A stretch of DNA of 64,000 nucleotides, from NCBI GenBank assembly GCA_002705055.1, contig PAHY01000043.1:5832-69831 (forward strand), read 5' to 3'. Made by a program: the position numbers and the translations under genes. The notes under the pieces were generated by a model. That model was given only the letters and a program-made list of their open reading frames with translations, searched no databases and was not told where the DNA came from. This DNA is from Planctomycetota bacterium. Its GTDB lineage: Bacteria > Planctomycetota > UBA1135. Positions 28,548 to 42,336 of this stretch are shown here, piece after piece (the first letter of the stretch is position 1; each line of letters begins with the position of its first letter).

Positions 28548-31055
28548 ATGTTGAGCAAAGCACTCACTGCCGTATTGCTCGGCGGCTTGACCTCGCCTCT
28601 GATGGCCCAGGTCGATGCCCAGCAGAACGGCCCTTCCCCGCTCTTCGAAGCCATCCCGCTTTCCGAAGTCAGCACTCTCTACTCGGACGAGGCAGCGGTC
28701 CTGCAGCGCCAGGTGCGCGTCAATCTGGATCTCCTCGGCAACGACGACACGACTCCGGAAGGCCCGGAGAACGGCGTCCTCATCAACCTCTTTGAAGGTG
28801 TTGAGTTCGTCGGCGTCTTCCAGGGCTTCACGCCTGCCTACGGTGGCGGTTACGTCGCCGAGTTCGCCATTGAAGGCGACGACGACGGCCACGCCTTCTT
28901 CTCGGTCATGAACGACGCCGTGGTCGCCACGGTCCAGGTCGGCGACGAGCTGTACAAGGTCAACTACGTCGGCGCCGGTCAGTCGACCGTTTCGATGGTG
29001 GATTCCCTGAAGCAGCCGGAATGTGGCTGCGATGAGACCCACATGGTCGAAGCCGGTGAAATCGGCGAAGGCGCCGGTGGCAACAGCAGCCGCTTCGTGG
29101 ACCACGAGATCGATGTCATGGTGGTCTACACCGACAACGCTCGCTCGACCAACGGTGGCACGGATGGCATCAACGCGCTGATCAACCTCGCGATCCACGA
29201 GACCAACTGGGCTTACAGCCGCTCGGACGTCTGGCAGCGCATCATGCTGGTCCACACCGAAGAGATCAACTGGGTCGAAGATGGCGACGACGGTGGCTAC
29301 CTGTCCGACCTGCGCGGCACCTCGGACGGCGTCGCCGACGAAGTCCACGCGATCCGCGACGAGTACGGCGCCGACATGGTGTCGCTCATCTACGACACCG
29401 GTTCGTACTGCGGTGTGGCCTACATCATGACCACCCTGTCGGCGAGCTTCGAATCGAGCGCCTTCAGCGTCGTCCGCGACTCCTGCGCCACGGGCTACTA
29501 CAGCTTCGCGCACGAGCTCGGTCACAACATGGGTTCGGCTCACGATGCCGCCAACGCCGGCAGCGCGCTGACCACCTACAGCTACGGCTGGCGCACCAGC
29601 GACAACGCTTACCGCTCGGTCATGGCTTACGCTCCGGGCACCCGCATCGCGATGTTCTCGAACCCGGGCAAAGTGGCCCCGAACGGCCTCGCCATGGGCG
29701 CGACCAACGCCAACAACGCGGCTTCGCTGAACTACTCGGCGACCACGATGTCGGCCTTCCGCTCCTCGCGCGACTACGGTCACCGCGTCTCGACCACGAT
29801 GGCCTCGAACAACCAGTTCGCGGGCAACATGTTTGACATCAAGCCCAAGACCGACATCGAGATCTGGGCGCTGGGCGTCAACACCAACTCGACCGCTTCC
29901 GAGACCTTCGACGTCTACGTCCGCGAGGGCAGCCACGTCGGCTTTGAGTCCAACGCAGGCGCGTGGGAACTGTGGGGCAGCTACACCACCACCGGTAGCG
30001 GCCAGGATGTCTACACCTTCATCTATCCGGGCACTCGTTCCTTCGAGGCCGACAAGACTTACGGTGTCTACATCGACATGAGCTCCTACGGCACCGGTAC
30101 CGCGCTGCGCTACACCAACGGGAACGAGACCTACGAGAACAACTTCCTGCGCATCGAGTCGGGTGTCGGCAAGGGCAACGGCGCCTTCTCCGGCTCCACC
30201 TTCGCGGATCGCATCTGGAACGGTGCCATCTACTACCGCGGCGACGCCGGCCAGGTCGGTCTCGCGACCACCATGGCTTCGAACAACCAGTTCGCTGGCA
30301 ACATGTTCGACGTCGAAGTCGCCAACGACATCGTCATCAACAGCTTCGACATCAACGTCGATGCTTCGGCTGCCTCCGGCACCGTGCACGTCGATGTCTA
30401 CATGAAGAACGGTTCGTACGTCGGCTCGGAAACCGATCCCTTCGACTGGACCTACGTCGGTTCGGATCTGGCTACCGTCGGCGCGACGGTCGATAGCTAC
30501 ACCCGCGTTGCGGTGGGCGACATCGAACTGAGCCAGGGCCAGGACTACGCCTTCTACATCCACCTTGCTTCCTACGCCGACGGCCACGTGCTGCGCTACA
30601 GCAACGCGACGGCTGGCGACTACTGGGAGAACTCGGACCTGCGTATCTACGCCGGCTCGGGTAAGGGTCAGGAGGCATTCACCTCGGGTACCTTCACCAC
30701 CCGTGCCTGGAACGGCCGCATCAACTACAGCGGCAACCATGGCGGTCCGCACCTGTGGCTGGCCGACCTGGCAGGCAACCAGACCAACTACGTGTACATG
30801 GCCGGCTGCACCCCGGGTGCCAAGCAGTACGCCAGCTGGTCGGTCCGCGGTGGCGGTCCTCAGAGCTCGCCCTGGGGCACCATCTACCTGTCGAACCCCT
30901 ACAAGACCCTGCCGCCCAAGGTCGCTGATTCGAACGGCAACGTGATCATCAGCACCTACAGCCCGCCGGCTGCTTCGGGCCTCCGCGTCTGGGTTCAGTC
31001 GCTGGACACGGGCACCTTCACGCTGACCAACGGCGCGAACCTGCTGATCCAGTAA
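28548..31055 (+). CDS. Secreted metzincin zinc metalloprotease (M12B/reprolysin-like catalytic domain) with two tandem C-terminal repeat domains of about 158 aa.
   Basis: Signal peptide MLSKALTAVLLGGLTSPLMAQ; HELGHNMGSAHD (HExxHxxGxxHD). Repeats begin TTMASNNQFAGNMFD at nt 29793 and 30267. GC is visibly lower than the neighbours, with an AT-rich upstream region. Confidence 0.75.
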   Translation: MLSKALTAVLLGGLTSPLMAQVDAQQNGPSPLFEAIPLSEVSTLYSDEAAVLQRQVRVNLDLLGNDDTTPEGPENGVLINLFEGVEFVGVFQGFTPAYGGGYVAEFAIEGDDDGHAFFSVMNDAVVATVQVGDELYKVNYVGAGQSTVSMVDSLKQPECGCDETHMVEAGEIGEGAGGNSSRFVDHEIDVMVVYTDNARSTNGGTDGINALINLAIHETNWAYSRSDVWQRIMLVHTEEINWVEDGDDGGYLSDLRGTSDGVADEVHAIRDEYGADMVSLIYDTGSYCGVAYIMTTLSASFESSAFSVVRDSCATGYYSFAHELGHNMGSAHDAANAGSALTTYSYGWRTSDNAYRSVMAYAPGTRIAMFSNPGKVAPNGLAMGATNANNAASLNYSATTMSAFRSSRDYGHRVSTTMASNNQFAGNMFDIKPKTDIEIWALGVNTNSTASETFDVYVREGSHVGFESNAGAWELWGSYTTTGSGQDVYTFIYPGTRSFEADKTYGVYIDMSSYGTGTALRYTNGNETYENNFLRIESGVGKGNGAFSGSTFADRIWNGAIYYRGDAGQVGLATTMASNNQFAGNMFDVEVANDIVINSFDINVDASAASGTVHVDVYMKNGSYVGSETDPFDWTYVGSDLATVGATVDSYTRVAVGDIELSQGQDYAFYIHLASYADGHVLRYSNATAGDYWENSDLRIYAGSGKGQEAFTSGTFTTRAWNGRINYSGNHGGPHLWLADLAGNQTNYVYMAGCTPGAKQYASWSVRGGGPQSSPWGTIYLSNPYKTLPPKVADSNGNVIISTYSPPAASGLRVWVQSLDTGTFTLTNGANLLIQ
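29793..30740 (+). repeat. Internal tandem duplication (2 x about 474 bp) encoding the two C-terminal domains of the metzincin.
   Basis: accac(g/c)atggc(c/t)tcgaacaaccagttcgc(g/t)ggcaacatgtt(t/c)gac recurs 474 bp apart; the downstream sequence diverges at many positions. Confidence 0.7.
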
Positions 31056-31129
31056 TCGGAATCACGATTCTCCGCACGGGAGCTCCTCTCACGAGGGGCT
31101 CCCGTCTTGCGTTGCAGTAGAATCGCGCC

Positions 31130-31468
31130 ATGCTCGCCGTTGCCGTCTCCCTGCCGCCCGTGCTGCGCCGTTTCATGGATTGGGCTGAACAGAACCCGGC
31201 CCTGGGGGTGGTTGCGGTCCTGGCCCTGATCGTGGTCCTGCTGTGGCTGGTCCGGAAGAGCATCAAGTTCTTCATGGTCGTGGCCATCCTGCTGGTCGCG
31301 GTCATTCTGGGTTCGTACCTCTACTACGGGCCGGAGCAGACCAACAAGTCCGTCCGCGAGAATGTTCGCGAGGTCATCGGCGAGGGCCGCGAGCTCATCA
31401 ACAAGGGCAAAGAGTTGTTGGAAGGCGATTCCGAGGACCTCGAGCCCGCCGAGGGCGACGGCCAGTAG
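31130..31468 (+). CDS. Small membrane protein (2 TM helices, acidic C-terminus), hypothetical.
   Basis: LGVVAVLALIVVLLWLV and FFMVVAILLVAVILGSYLYY hydrophobic helices; 112 aa. Confidence 0.5.
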   Translation: MLAVAVSLPPVLRRFMDWAEQNPALGVVAVLALIVVLLWLVRKSIKFFMVVAILLVAVILGSYLYYGPEQTNKSVRENVREVIGEGRELINKGKELLEGDSEDLEPAEGDGQ

Positions 31469-31559
31469 GCGTCGCCTGGATTTCCGCCAGCGCGACTCGC
31501 GCGCCGGCGTAGGCTGATTGCACGGTGATATCACTTTGATATCCCGCGCCTCAGCCAAA

Positions 31560-32441
31560 ATGATCCAAGAACGCACGATTCAAGCCCGCCCGGGCATCCC
31601 CGTCCTCCTGCTGGGTCTGCCCGCGCTGCTGGCAGTCGCCATTCTCTTCTTCGTCGGCGCGGCCAACTTCCAGGATGGGGCCGGGGTCGCCATGGCGATT
31701 TTCGGCCTGATCACCCTGGTGGTCTTCTTCATCACGCTGGCCGGCTTCTCGGCCATCAGCCCGAACGAGGCGCGCGTCGTCCAGCTCTTCGGCAACTACA
31801 AGGGCACCGTGCACGAGCAGGGGCTGTGGTGGTTCAACCCCTTCACCACCCGCAAGAAGGTCTCGGTGCGGGTGCGCAACTTCGACAGCGACAAGCTGAA
31901 GGTCAACGACCGCGAAGGCAACCCGATCGAAATCGGTGCGGTGGTGGTGTGGAAGGTCGTCGACACCGCCGAAGCCGTCTTCGAGGTCGATGACTATGAA
32001 GACTACGTCACCGTGCAGTCGGAGGCAGCGCTGCGCAATCTGGCGACGCGTTATCCCTACGACGACCACGAGACCGAACACGAGATCTCGCTTCGAGGCC
32101 ATACCACTGAGATCGCCGAGCGCCTCAAGGCCGAGGTCCAGGACCGCCTCGAGAAGGCCGGCGTCGAGGTGATCGAGGCCCGTATCTCGCACCTGGCCTA
32201 CGCCCAGGAGATCGCCAGCGCCATGCTGCAGCGCCAGCAGGCCGGCGCGATCATCGCCGCGCGCCGCCGCATCGTCGATGGGGCCGTTGGCATGGTCGAG
32301 ATGGCTCTGGACCAGCTCAAGGAGAACGGCGTGGTTGATCTCGACGAAGAGCGCAAGGCCGCGATGGTCAGCAATCTGCTGGTCGTCCTGTGCGGCGAGC
32401 GTGCGACCCAGCCGGTCGTCAACGCCGGCAGTCTGTACTAG
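31560..32441 (+). CDS. SPFH/band-7 (stomatin/prohibitin-like) membrane protein.
   Basis: Two N-terminal TM helices then an SPFH core ([23 protein letters not shown]...). ATG at 31560 is preferred over the track TTG at 31518 because the palindrome GTGATATCAC at 31525-31534 lies inside the putative extension. Confidence 0.75.
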   Translation: MIQERTIQARPGIPVLLLGLPALLAVAILFFVGAANFQDGAGVAMAIFGLITLVVFFITLAGFSAISPNEARVVQLFGNYKGTVHEQGLWWFNPFTTRKKVSVRVRNFDSDKLKVNDREGNPIEIGAVVVWKVVDTAEAVFEVDDYEDYVTVQSEAALRNLATRYPYDDHETEHEISLRGHTTEIAERLKAEVQDRLEKAGVEVIEARISHLAYAQEIASAMLQRQQAGAIIAARRRIVDGAVGMVEMALDQLKENGVVDLDEERKAAMVSNLLVVLCGERATQPVVNAGSLY

Positions 32442-32452
32442 ATGCAAGTGGC

Positions 32453-32671
32453 GTGAGCGAGCGCAAAGCCTTCCTCCTGCGGATGGACCCGCGGCTGCAC
32501 GATGCTCTGAAGCATTGGGCGGAGGACGAGCTGCGTTCGCTCAACGCGCAGGCCGAGATCCTGCTCCGCGATGCGCTGCGCCGCGCCGGTCGGCTGCCGC
32601 GCGAAGATGCCGACGAGTCAGCTTCCGAGCCGGCTAAGCCTGCGCCGCGTCCGCCGGACGATCAAGAATGA
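32453..32671 (+). CDS. Arc/MetJ-type ribbon-helix-helix DNA-binding protein.
   Basis: GTG start; KAFLLRMDPRLHDALKHWAEDELRSLNAQAEILLRDAL matches the Arc-family RHH pattern (R-hydrophobic-P-x-x-L-H...RS-hydrophobic-N-A-E-I). Confidence 0.55.
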   Translation: MSERKAFLLRMDPRLHDALKHWAEDELRSLNAQAEILLRDALRRAGRLPREDADESASEPAKPAPRPPDDQE

Positions 32672-33329
32672 CCTTGTTGAAGCGAAGCGGCCCCACGCGC
32701 CAGTGGATGACTTCGCCGATCTTCTCGAACTCGTAGCGCCGGTGGTACATCTGGGCCGGCCGGTCGTTCTTGCGCACGGTGACGACCACCGCCTTGGTCC
32801 CGGCGGTGCGGCGCCGATCAAAGGCCCAGTTGGTGCCGACGATGGCGATCAGGCGGCCGCGGTGCTCCGGGTGGACCCAGCCATCGAACTGAAAAGCCTC
32901 GTCGGGCTGCAGCGGAATGGTGAAGCGGTACTCGGGATCCTCGAAGGGACGCACCGCGTGCATCATGTAGCCCCAGCAGACGCTCTCGTCCGGATTGGTG
33001 CGGATGACGAAATCCACGTCCGGGTGGTCGACCATCTGATGAAAGTGGGCGAGCTTGGCCGGCGGAAAGTCCTTGCCGAGCTTGTCCACGATCTCGTGGG
33101 TGCACGGCCACATGCTGAAGGTCTCGTCGCTCTCGCCGTGCACATCCATGGCCGAGCGCCGCGGGACCCGCAGGTTGGGCAGCTCGAGCGAGCGCCGCAT
33201 GATGTCGAACTCGACTCGGCGAATGAATCGACGGCCCGTGCGGTTCCAGATTCCGCGGAGGATGCGACGGGGGGTCAGCTTACGCATCGAGTCGAGGGGA
33301 GGGCAGGGGCCGGAGCCGGGCCCCAGCAT
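32634..33329 (-). CDS. Hypothetical protein, possibly an acyl-CoA N-acyltransferase-like fold.
   Basis: 231 aa max ORF; FDGWVHPEHRGRLIAIVGTNWAF resembles a GNAT-type motif; the 3' end overlaps the RHH gene convergently by about 38 bp; start uncertain. Confidence 0.4.
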   Translation of the reverse strand: MLGPGSGPCPPLDSMRKLTPRRILRGIWNRTGRRFIRRVEFDIMRRSLELPNLRVPRRSAMDVHGESDETFSMWPCTHEIVDKLGKDFPPAKLAHFHQMVDHPDVDFVIRTNPDESVCWGYMMHAVRPFEDPEYRFTIPLQPDEAFQFDGWVHPEHRGRLIAIVGTNWAFDRRRTAGTKAVVVTVRKNDRPAQMYHRRYEFEKIGEVIHWRVGPLRFNKVILDRPADAAQA

Positions 33330-33383
33330 AGGAAAACCCCCGCCGGGCCGAGCCGGGCGGGGGTGAGAATCGCGCGAAACTGT

Positions 33384-34286
33384 TTAGTTCGCGTTGTACA
33401 GGTGGACGTCCCGCTGCGGGAACGGGAAGTTGAGACCTTCCTGATCGAAAGTCAGCTTGATGGTCTCGATCAGCTCGAAGCGGACCGGCCAGTAGTCGCC
33501 GCTTGCCACCCAGGGGCGGACCACGAAGTTGACGCTGTTGTCGCCCAGCTCGGAGACAGCGATGGTCCAGGCCGGATCCTTCATGACCTTCTCATGCTGC
33601 TCCATGATCCGGTTGAGGACCTCGTGGGCCTTCTTGATGTCGTCGTCGTAGCTGATGCCGACGACCAGGTCGATCCGGCGGGTGGGCTTGGCCGAGTAGT
33701 TGGTGATGTTCCCGCCGGTGACCGACGAGTTGGGCACCAGGATCTGCTTGTTGTCGCCGGTGCGCATCTTGGTCATGAAGACCGAGATCTCTTCGACGAC
33801 GCCCGCTTCGCCGGCGGCTTCAATGAAGTCGCCGTTCTTGAAGGGGCGGAACAGCAGGATCATCACGCCGGCCGCGAAGTTGCCCAGCGTGCCCGACAGC
33901 GCCATACCGATGGCGAAGCCGGCAGCAGCCAGGATGGCGGCGAAGGAGGTCGTTTCGACCCCGACCATGCCGAGCACGGCGATGACCAGGATGACCTTGA
34001 GCAGCATGCCGACGATGCCGCCCAGGAAGTTGGCGAGCATCGGATCGACGTTGGTCTTGCCGATCGCCTTGCGGAGACCCTTGGTGATCTTGCCGACCAC
34101 CCAGAGACCGATGATCAGCGTGACCAGCGCGCCGAGGACGCCCGGGCCATGTTCGATGGCAAAATCCTTCACGGCCTCGAGGGCTGCGTTGGGATCGGCG
34201 AGCACGTCGTTGATGGAGTTGCCGCCGGCTTCGGATTCGCCGCCCGCTTCGGCGGCGGCTTCCGGATCTTGGAACAGGAAGAGCAT
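33384..34286 (-). CDS. mscS: Small-conductance mechanosensitive channel, MscS family.
   Basis: Three TM helices, conserved pore helix AGFAIGMALSGTLGNFAAGVMILLFRPF and cytoplasmic beta domain. Confidence 0.85.
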   Translation of the reverse strand: MLFLFQDPEAAAEAGGESEAGGNSINDVLADPNAALEAVKDFAIEHGPGVLGALVTLIIGLWVVGKITKGLRKAIGKTNVDPMLANFLGGIVGMLLKVILVIAVLGMVGVETTSFAAILAAAGFAIGMALSGTLGNFAAGVMILLFRPFKNGDFIEAAGEAGVVEEISVFMTKMRTGDNKQILVPNSSVTGGNITNYSAKPTRRIDLVVGISYDDDIKKAHEVLNRIMEQHEKVMKDPAWTIAVSELGDNSVNFVVRPWVASGDYWPVRFELIETIKLTFDQEGLNFPFPQRDVHLYNAN

Positions 34287-34385
34287 GGTTGTGTTGATTC
34301 TCGAAAGAGGGGAGAGAGTCAGGGAGCCCCGTAGTTTAGCGTCGCGGAGAGTTCCTGCTTGGCAGGGCGATGGCGCAAGGAGGGC

Positions 34386-34421
34386 AAAAAAAAGACCGGC
34401 CGGATGTCACCATCCGGCCGG
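34386..34421 (-). terminator. Rho-independent terminator downstream of pgk (gap-pgk operon), read on the minus strand.
   Basis: ccggccggatg-gtga-catccggccgg, an 11-bp perfect stem followed by tcttttttttgcc on the minus strand. Confidence 0.7.
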
Positions 34422-34512
34422 CAAACCGTCTTCCTGATGAGAGGGGATTTGCTTGGTGATTCAGCCTCGGTGCTTGGGGGAGCAGCCGCCAGGCCGTCTC
34501 GCCAAGCCCTTC

Positions 34513-35715
34513 TCACTTTGAGTCGATGTAGTCCAGCTGGGCAATGCCCGGCAGTTCCTTCCCTTCCAGCAGTTCCAGGAAGGCACCACCACCCGTCGAA
34601 ATGTGGCCAATCTTGGCTTCCACTCCGTTCTTCTTGATCGCAGCCACCGAATCACCACCGCCCACGACCGACATGGCGTCGCTTTGGGCCAGCGCCTGGG
34701 CCACGCACGAAGTGCCGTGGCTGAACGGCTCCAGCTCAAACACGCCCATGGGACCGTTCCAGATCACCGTGCCGGCATCGGCCAGGCGGGCGGCGTAGGC
34801 GGCTTGGGTCTCCGGGCCGATGTCCAGCCCCATCCAGCCCTCGGGGATGTCGCCGTTCACCGTCTGGGTCGCCGCGTCTTCGGCAAAGCGATCCGCCACC
34901 ACATGGTCGGTGGGCAGCATCAGCTCCACGCTGCGCGCGACGGCCTCGGCCAGCACTTCGCGGGCGGTGTCCAGGCGGTCTTCCTCGCACAGCGAGCTGC
35001 CAATCTCGTGGCCTTGGGCCTTCAAGAAGGTGTAGGCCATCCCGCCTCCAATCAGCAGGCAGTCCACCTTCTCCAGCAGGGTCTCGAGGACCAGGATCTT
35101 GTCTGAAACCTTGGCTCCGCCGATCACGGCCACAAGCGGCTGCTTCGGGTTCCCCATGGCCTGGTCAAAGGCCTGGATTTCCTTTTCCAGCAGCAGGCCG
35201 GCCACGGCAGGCTTACACCGCTCGGGTACCCCTGCGGTCGAGGCATGCGCCCGGTGGCAGGTGCCGAAAGCATCCTGCACAAAGAGCTCGGCCAAGTCGG
35301 CCAGCTCCTCGGCCAGCTCGGGGTCGTTCTCGGTCTCGCCCGCCTCAAAGCGCAGGTTCTCCAGCACCAGAAGCTCTCCAGGCTGCAGCGCAGCCGCGGC
35401 TTCGCGCACTGCTTCGCCGCGCACCGCGGTCACCGTCTTCACCGGCACGGCATCGCCCAGCAGTTCCTGCAGGCGGGCCGCCACCGGGGCCATCCGCAGC
35501 GACTCCACCACCTGGCCCTTCGGGCGGCCCAGGTGGCTGGCGGCGATCACCGCGGCGCCGCGGCTCAGCAGATCCTGCAGGGTGGGTAGCGCCGCCCGAA
35601 TGCGCGTGTCGTCTCCGACGACGCCATCCTTCAGCGGCACGTTGAAGTCCACGCGCACGAAGACCTTCTTCCCCGCCGGGTCGATGTCCCGCAGGGTTTT
35701 CTTCGCAAGGCTCAT
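34513..35715 (-). CDS. pgk: Phosphoglycerate kinase.
   Basis: Canonical PGK motifs [39 protein letters not shown]. Confidence 0.95.
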   Translation of the reverse strand: MSLAKKTLRDIDPAGKKVFVRVDFNVPLKDGVVGDDTRIRAALPTLQDLLSRGAAVIAASHLGRPKGQVVESLRMAPVAARLQELLGDAVPVKTVTAVRGEAVREAAAALQPGELLVLENLRFEAGETENDPELAEELADLAELFVQDAFGTCHRAHASTAGVPERCKPAVAGLLLEKEIQAFDQAMGNPKQPLVAVIGGAKVSDKILVLETLLEKVDCLLIGGGMAYTFLKAQGHEIGSSLCEEDRLDTAREVLAEAVARSVELMLPTDHVVADRFAEDAATQTVNGDIPEGWMGLDIGPETQAAYAARLADAGTVIWNGPMGVFELEPFSHGTSCVAQALAQSDAMSVVGGGDSVAAIKKNGVEAKIGHISTGGGAFLELLEGKELPGIAQLDYIDSK

Positions 35716-35725
35716 GGTGTCCTGC

Positions 35726-36781
<1,056 letters not shown>

Positions 36782-36823
36782 TCAGGGGTTGGCTTCTGCG
36801 GCCGAAGCGGGGATTCTAAACGC

Positions 36824-37848
36824 GTGCCACACCTCGCGGCATCCCTCTTCGAAGAGCTCGGGCCCTGGCAGCCCGGTGCCTCGGTGGGGCTGGGCTTCTC
36901 CGGTGGGGCGGATTCCGTCTTCCTGGCGCTGGCCTGGAAGGCATTCTGCGCGCGGCACCCCGCGCTGCAGGGGGTCACGACCCAGCTCTGGGTCGTCGAT
37001 CATCAGCACCACGCTCGCTCCGGAGCCGCAGCCCAGGCGGCGGCCGCGCTGGCTGAGACTCTCGAGGTGGGCGAGGTCCAGATTCTGGCGGCGCGCGACT
37101 GGGCACCGCCGGCCCCGGCCGGGGACAGCGAAGAGGCTCTGCGCTGGGTGCGCTACGCCTGCTTTGCCGCCGCCGCCGCCGAGTCCCAGGCCGAGGTCCT
37201 GCTGCTCGGCCATCAGGCCGATGATCAGGCCGAGACTCTCATGCTGCGGCTGCTGCGCGGCACGGGCATGTTCGGTCTCGCCGGGATCCCGGCTCGTCGG
37301 CTGATGCAGCGCGGGTATCGCCACGCGGTGCAGGGTTCCGAGGACAGCGAAGGCGTCACGGAGGTCCGTCGTCCGCTGCTGGGTCTGCGCCGCTCCGAGA
37401 TCCGCGAGCGTCTGCGCGCCATCGGCCAGGCTTGGATGGCCGACCCCAGCAACGACGATCCGCACTACGCGGCGCGCAATGGGGTGCGGCTGCAGGCCCT
37501 GCCGATGCTCGCCGAATGGTCGACCGGGGATCCGGTCAGGGCGCTGCTGCGTCTGCAGCGCGAAGCAGACGACTGGAAGCGCAGCGAGGTCGAAGGGGTC
37601 CGCGAACTCCTGCACAGTGGCGAGTGGCTCGAAGCTGCGGGCCCCCAGCGCCGTCGCGCGGTCGAGATTGTGTTGCGCCAGGCTGGCTACACCACGCACC
37701 CGGCGCGGGTGCGCGACCTGGAGGGCGCCCTGCTGCGCCGTGGCTCGGCGCACATCGACGCGCGCTTCCGGCTGACGATTGCTGGCGGGCCGCTCCGCCT
37801 CGTGCCACGTCGGGACGCGGCCTCCTCCAGTCCGGAGTCACCCGAGGC

Positions 37849-37852
<4 letters not shown>
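36824..37852 (+). CDS. tilS: tRNA(Ile)-lysidine synthetase.
   Basis: PP-loop SGGADS plus TilS core. GTG at 36824 is chosen because the track ATG at 36752 would leave only 25 bp to the divergent gap start. Confidence 0.75.
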
Positions 37853-40022
<2,170 letters not shown>

Positions 40023-40029
<7 letters not shown>

Positions 40030-42188
40030 AGCATGGTCAGCGGCAGAGAGCCGTGGGCGCGCAGCGCGCCGGCGTTGAGCCAGACCGCCTGTCCCAGGGC
40101 GCGCGGCCGCACCCAGTCGATGCGCTGCGCACTGCCGGGCGCCAGCGGCGCACCCAGGCCGTAGGTCGTGAAACCCCAGAGGCCCTGTTCCGGGCGGGCC
40201 GGGTCATTCCAGACCGTGCCGTTGTTCGGGTTCAGGTACAGGAAGGGGCTCCAGGCGGGGGTCGACAGCACCAGGTCGCCGCCGGCTGCATCGGGATTGC
40301 GCAGCCACTGCGGGAAGATCAGCGCATCGGGAATCTGGTCCCCGTCGGTATCCGTGTTGACCAGTCCGAGGGGATGGAAGCCACTCAGATCGCCGTGGGG
40401 CATCTTGGCAGAGCCGTAGCCCGGAGTGGTGCGGCCGATGACCAGGCCCGTGCTGCCATCGGACTCGAGCAGGCCGTGCAGCGCCGGACGACCCGTGCGG
40501 CCCAGCACCGAGAGCGGCGGGTCGACCCGGAAATCGCCGCCCCGCATCGAGGCGGGATACTGCCAACCCTGACGGAATGTGCCGAAGGAATCACGGAAGC
40601 GCTTGGTGCGGGCGCGGTCCGCGGCGCGTGGCAGCAGGTCATACTGCCCCACGATGCCGGCACCCGGGCGGAAGCCCCAGCCGGTCCGCCACTGCAGCTC
40701 GTCTGCCTTCGGATAGCCGTACACCGGCTTGTCGCTGAAGATCTCCAGGCTCTTGCCGCCATGCGGCGCGTAGTAGCAAGTGCCGAGGTCATCGTGCAGC
40801 GCCGGACCGTAGTCAGCGATCTGCACGCCAGTCGGCAGCTGATCGAGGTTGATCACCTTCAGGGTCTGACGACCACCCTGCTCGGCTTCCTGCCATGCCA
40901 GCGGCGCGGCGAAGGGAGCCACGACATCCTTGGCGGCGACGCCGTACCACTCGTGGTTCATCTGCACGGCGACGAAGTCGTAGGGGCCGAGCGGGGCCAG
41001 GCGGTTGGCGCCGGGCTGAATCCCTTCGGCAGCGAGCATGTCGAGCGCTTCGAGCGGAAGCTGGCGACGGTTCTCGAGCAGCGCTGACCAGTCCTGCCAA
41101 GTGCCGCGCGGCGCGGTCTGCGCCTGATGCATGGCGGCTGCGACCTGCGCGGTGGAAGCGCCCTGCAGGGCGGCTTCGGCGATCTGCCAGATCTTCGACT
41201 CCGGCGCCGCCAGGCTGATGGAGTCGCGGGTCGCTGTGCGCGCGGCGCTCGCCAGGGCCTCGCCCCGAGGATCACGCATCACGCTGCCGCTGCGAGGATC
41301 GACCATCTCGCGCACCAGGTCGACGCGCGCCAATGGCTCCGGCTTCACGCGCCAGCCGCGGATGCCCAGCTCGCGCAGCGCGCCGATCGCTCCGTGATCG
41401 ACCTCGAACTCGTGGATCTCGTCTTCGCGCAGGCGCACCCAGGTCGCGTCATAACCCTTGAAGGGCAGGCCGTCCGAGGTGACGAGGTCGCTGTCGTCAA
41501 GATAGCTCATCGGCCCGCACTCGTCGGCGGCCGAGCAGTAGATCTCGAAGTGCACCAGGACGCGATCTGCAGGATGCGCTTCGATCGGAATCTCGAGCAG
41601 AGCCAGGTCGCTCTCGATGCCGGCGTCGGTCCACAGCAGACGCCACTTCACTTCCCAGTAGTCGCGGGTCACTCCCTGGTCGTCGAGGAAGGTCAGTCCG
41701 GTGCGCTGCAGCCGCTTCATGCGGTACTCGCCGGCGAGGTGATCAGGAGCAAAGCCGCCTTGGAAATGATGCAGCAGCGGGAATCCGTCCGAGATGTAGC
41801 CAGCGCTCGCGCCGCTCAGGAAGTTCTGCAGTTGCTGCGCCGCGGCGCGCATGGCGTTGCCCTGGCCGGAGGCGGCGGCGTCGGCCATGTCTTCCAGCGC
41901 GCGGTCCACGTTCTTGGTGACCGGGCGTTCGTCCTGAATGATCGCGCCGGTCGCGCTGCGCGCGCCCTTCGCCTTCTTGCGGCGTACCTTGCCGACCAGA
42001 TTGACGAGCTCCGAGTCGCCGGTGACCTGCAGCGAGCCAGGTACCCGGTAGGCATCGTGCAGCAGTTCAGCGATGACCGGGTCGAGAATGCCCGGGTCGT
42101 TCGGGGAGACCGGAGGGGTTCCGGTCGCCGACGTCTGGCCTTGAGCCAGCAGGCTCAAAGCGCTCCAAGCGGCGAGGGAGGAAAGCAT
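40023..42188 (-). CDS. Secreted hypothetical protein (721 aa).
   Basis: Signal peptide MLSSLAAWSALSLLAQG; diverse composition; likely co-transcribed downstream of the ECF sigma gene. Confidence 0.6.
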
Positions 42189-42336
42189 GGGAAAGGGGAG
42201 GCTCGCGGCGGACTCCCGCCATGGACTCTATTTCACCTAGGCGCAGACAGCCGCGCAGATCCCTCATGGACGGGCCAGAAAGCGCTCGGGTTCTTGGAAA
42301 TCGCCCAGGAACAGGTTTTGAAGCTTGTGCTGGAGC

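Noticed and set aside
29793-30740. Tandem about 474-bp repeats considered as diversity-generating retroelement TR/VR or CRISPR-like repeats.
   Set aside because: Copies differ at many positions, not only at adenines. No reverse transcriptase or cas genes nearby. Period and length fit a protein domain duplication.
32453-33329. RHH-GNAT type II toxin-antitoxin module (AtaRT/TacAT-like).
   Set aside because: The genes are convergent and overlapping rather than co-directional with the antitoxin first. The acyltransferase-like ORF is longer than GNAT toxins. The resemblance is kept only as a low-interest note.
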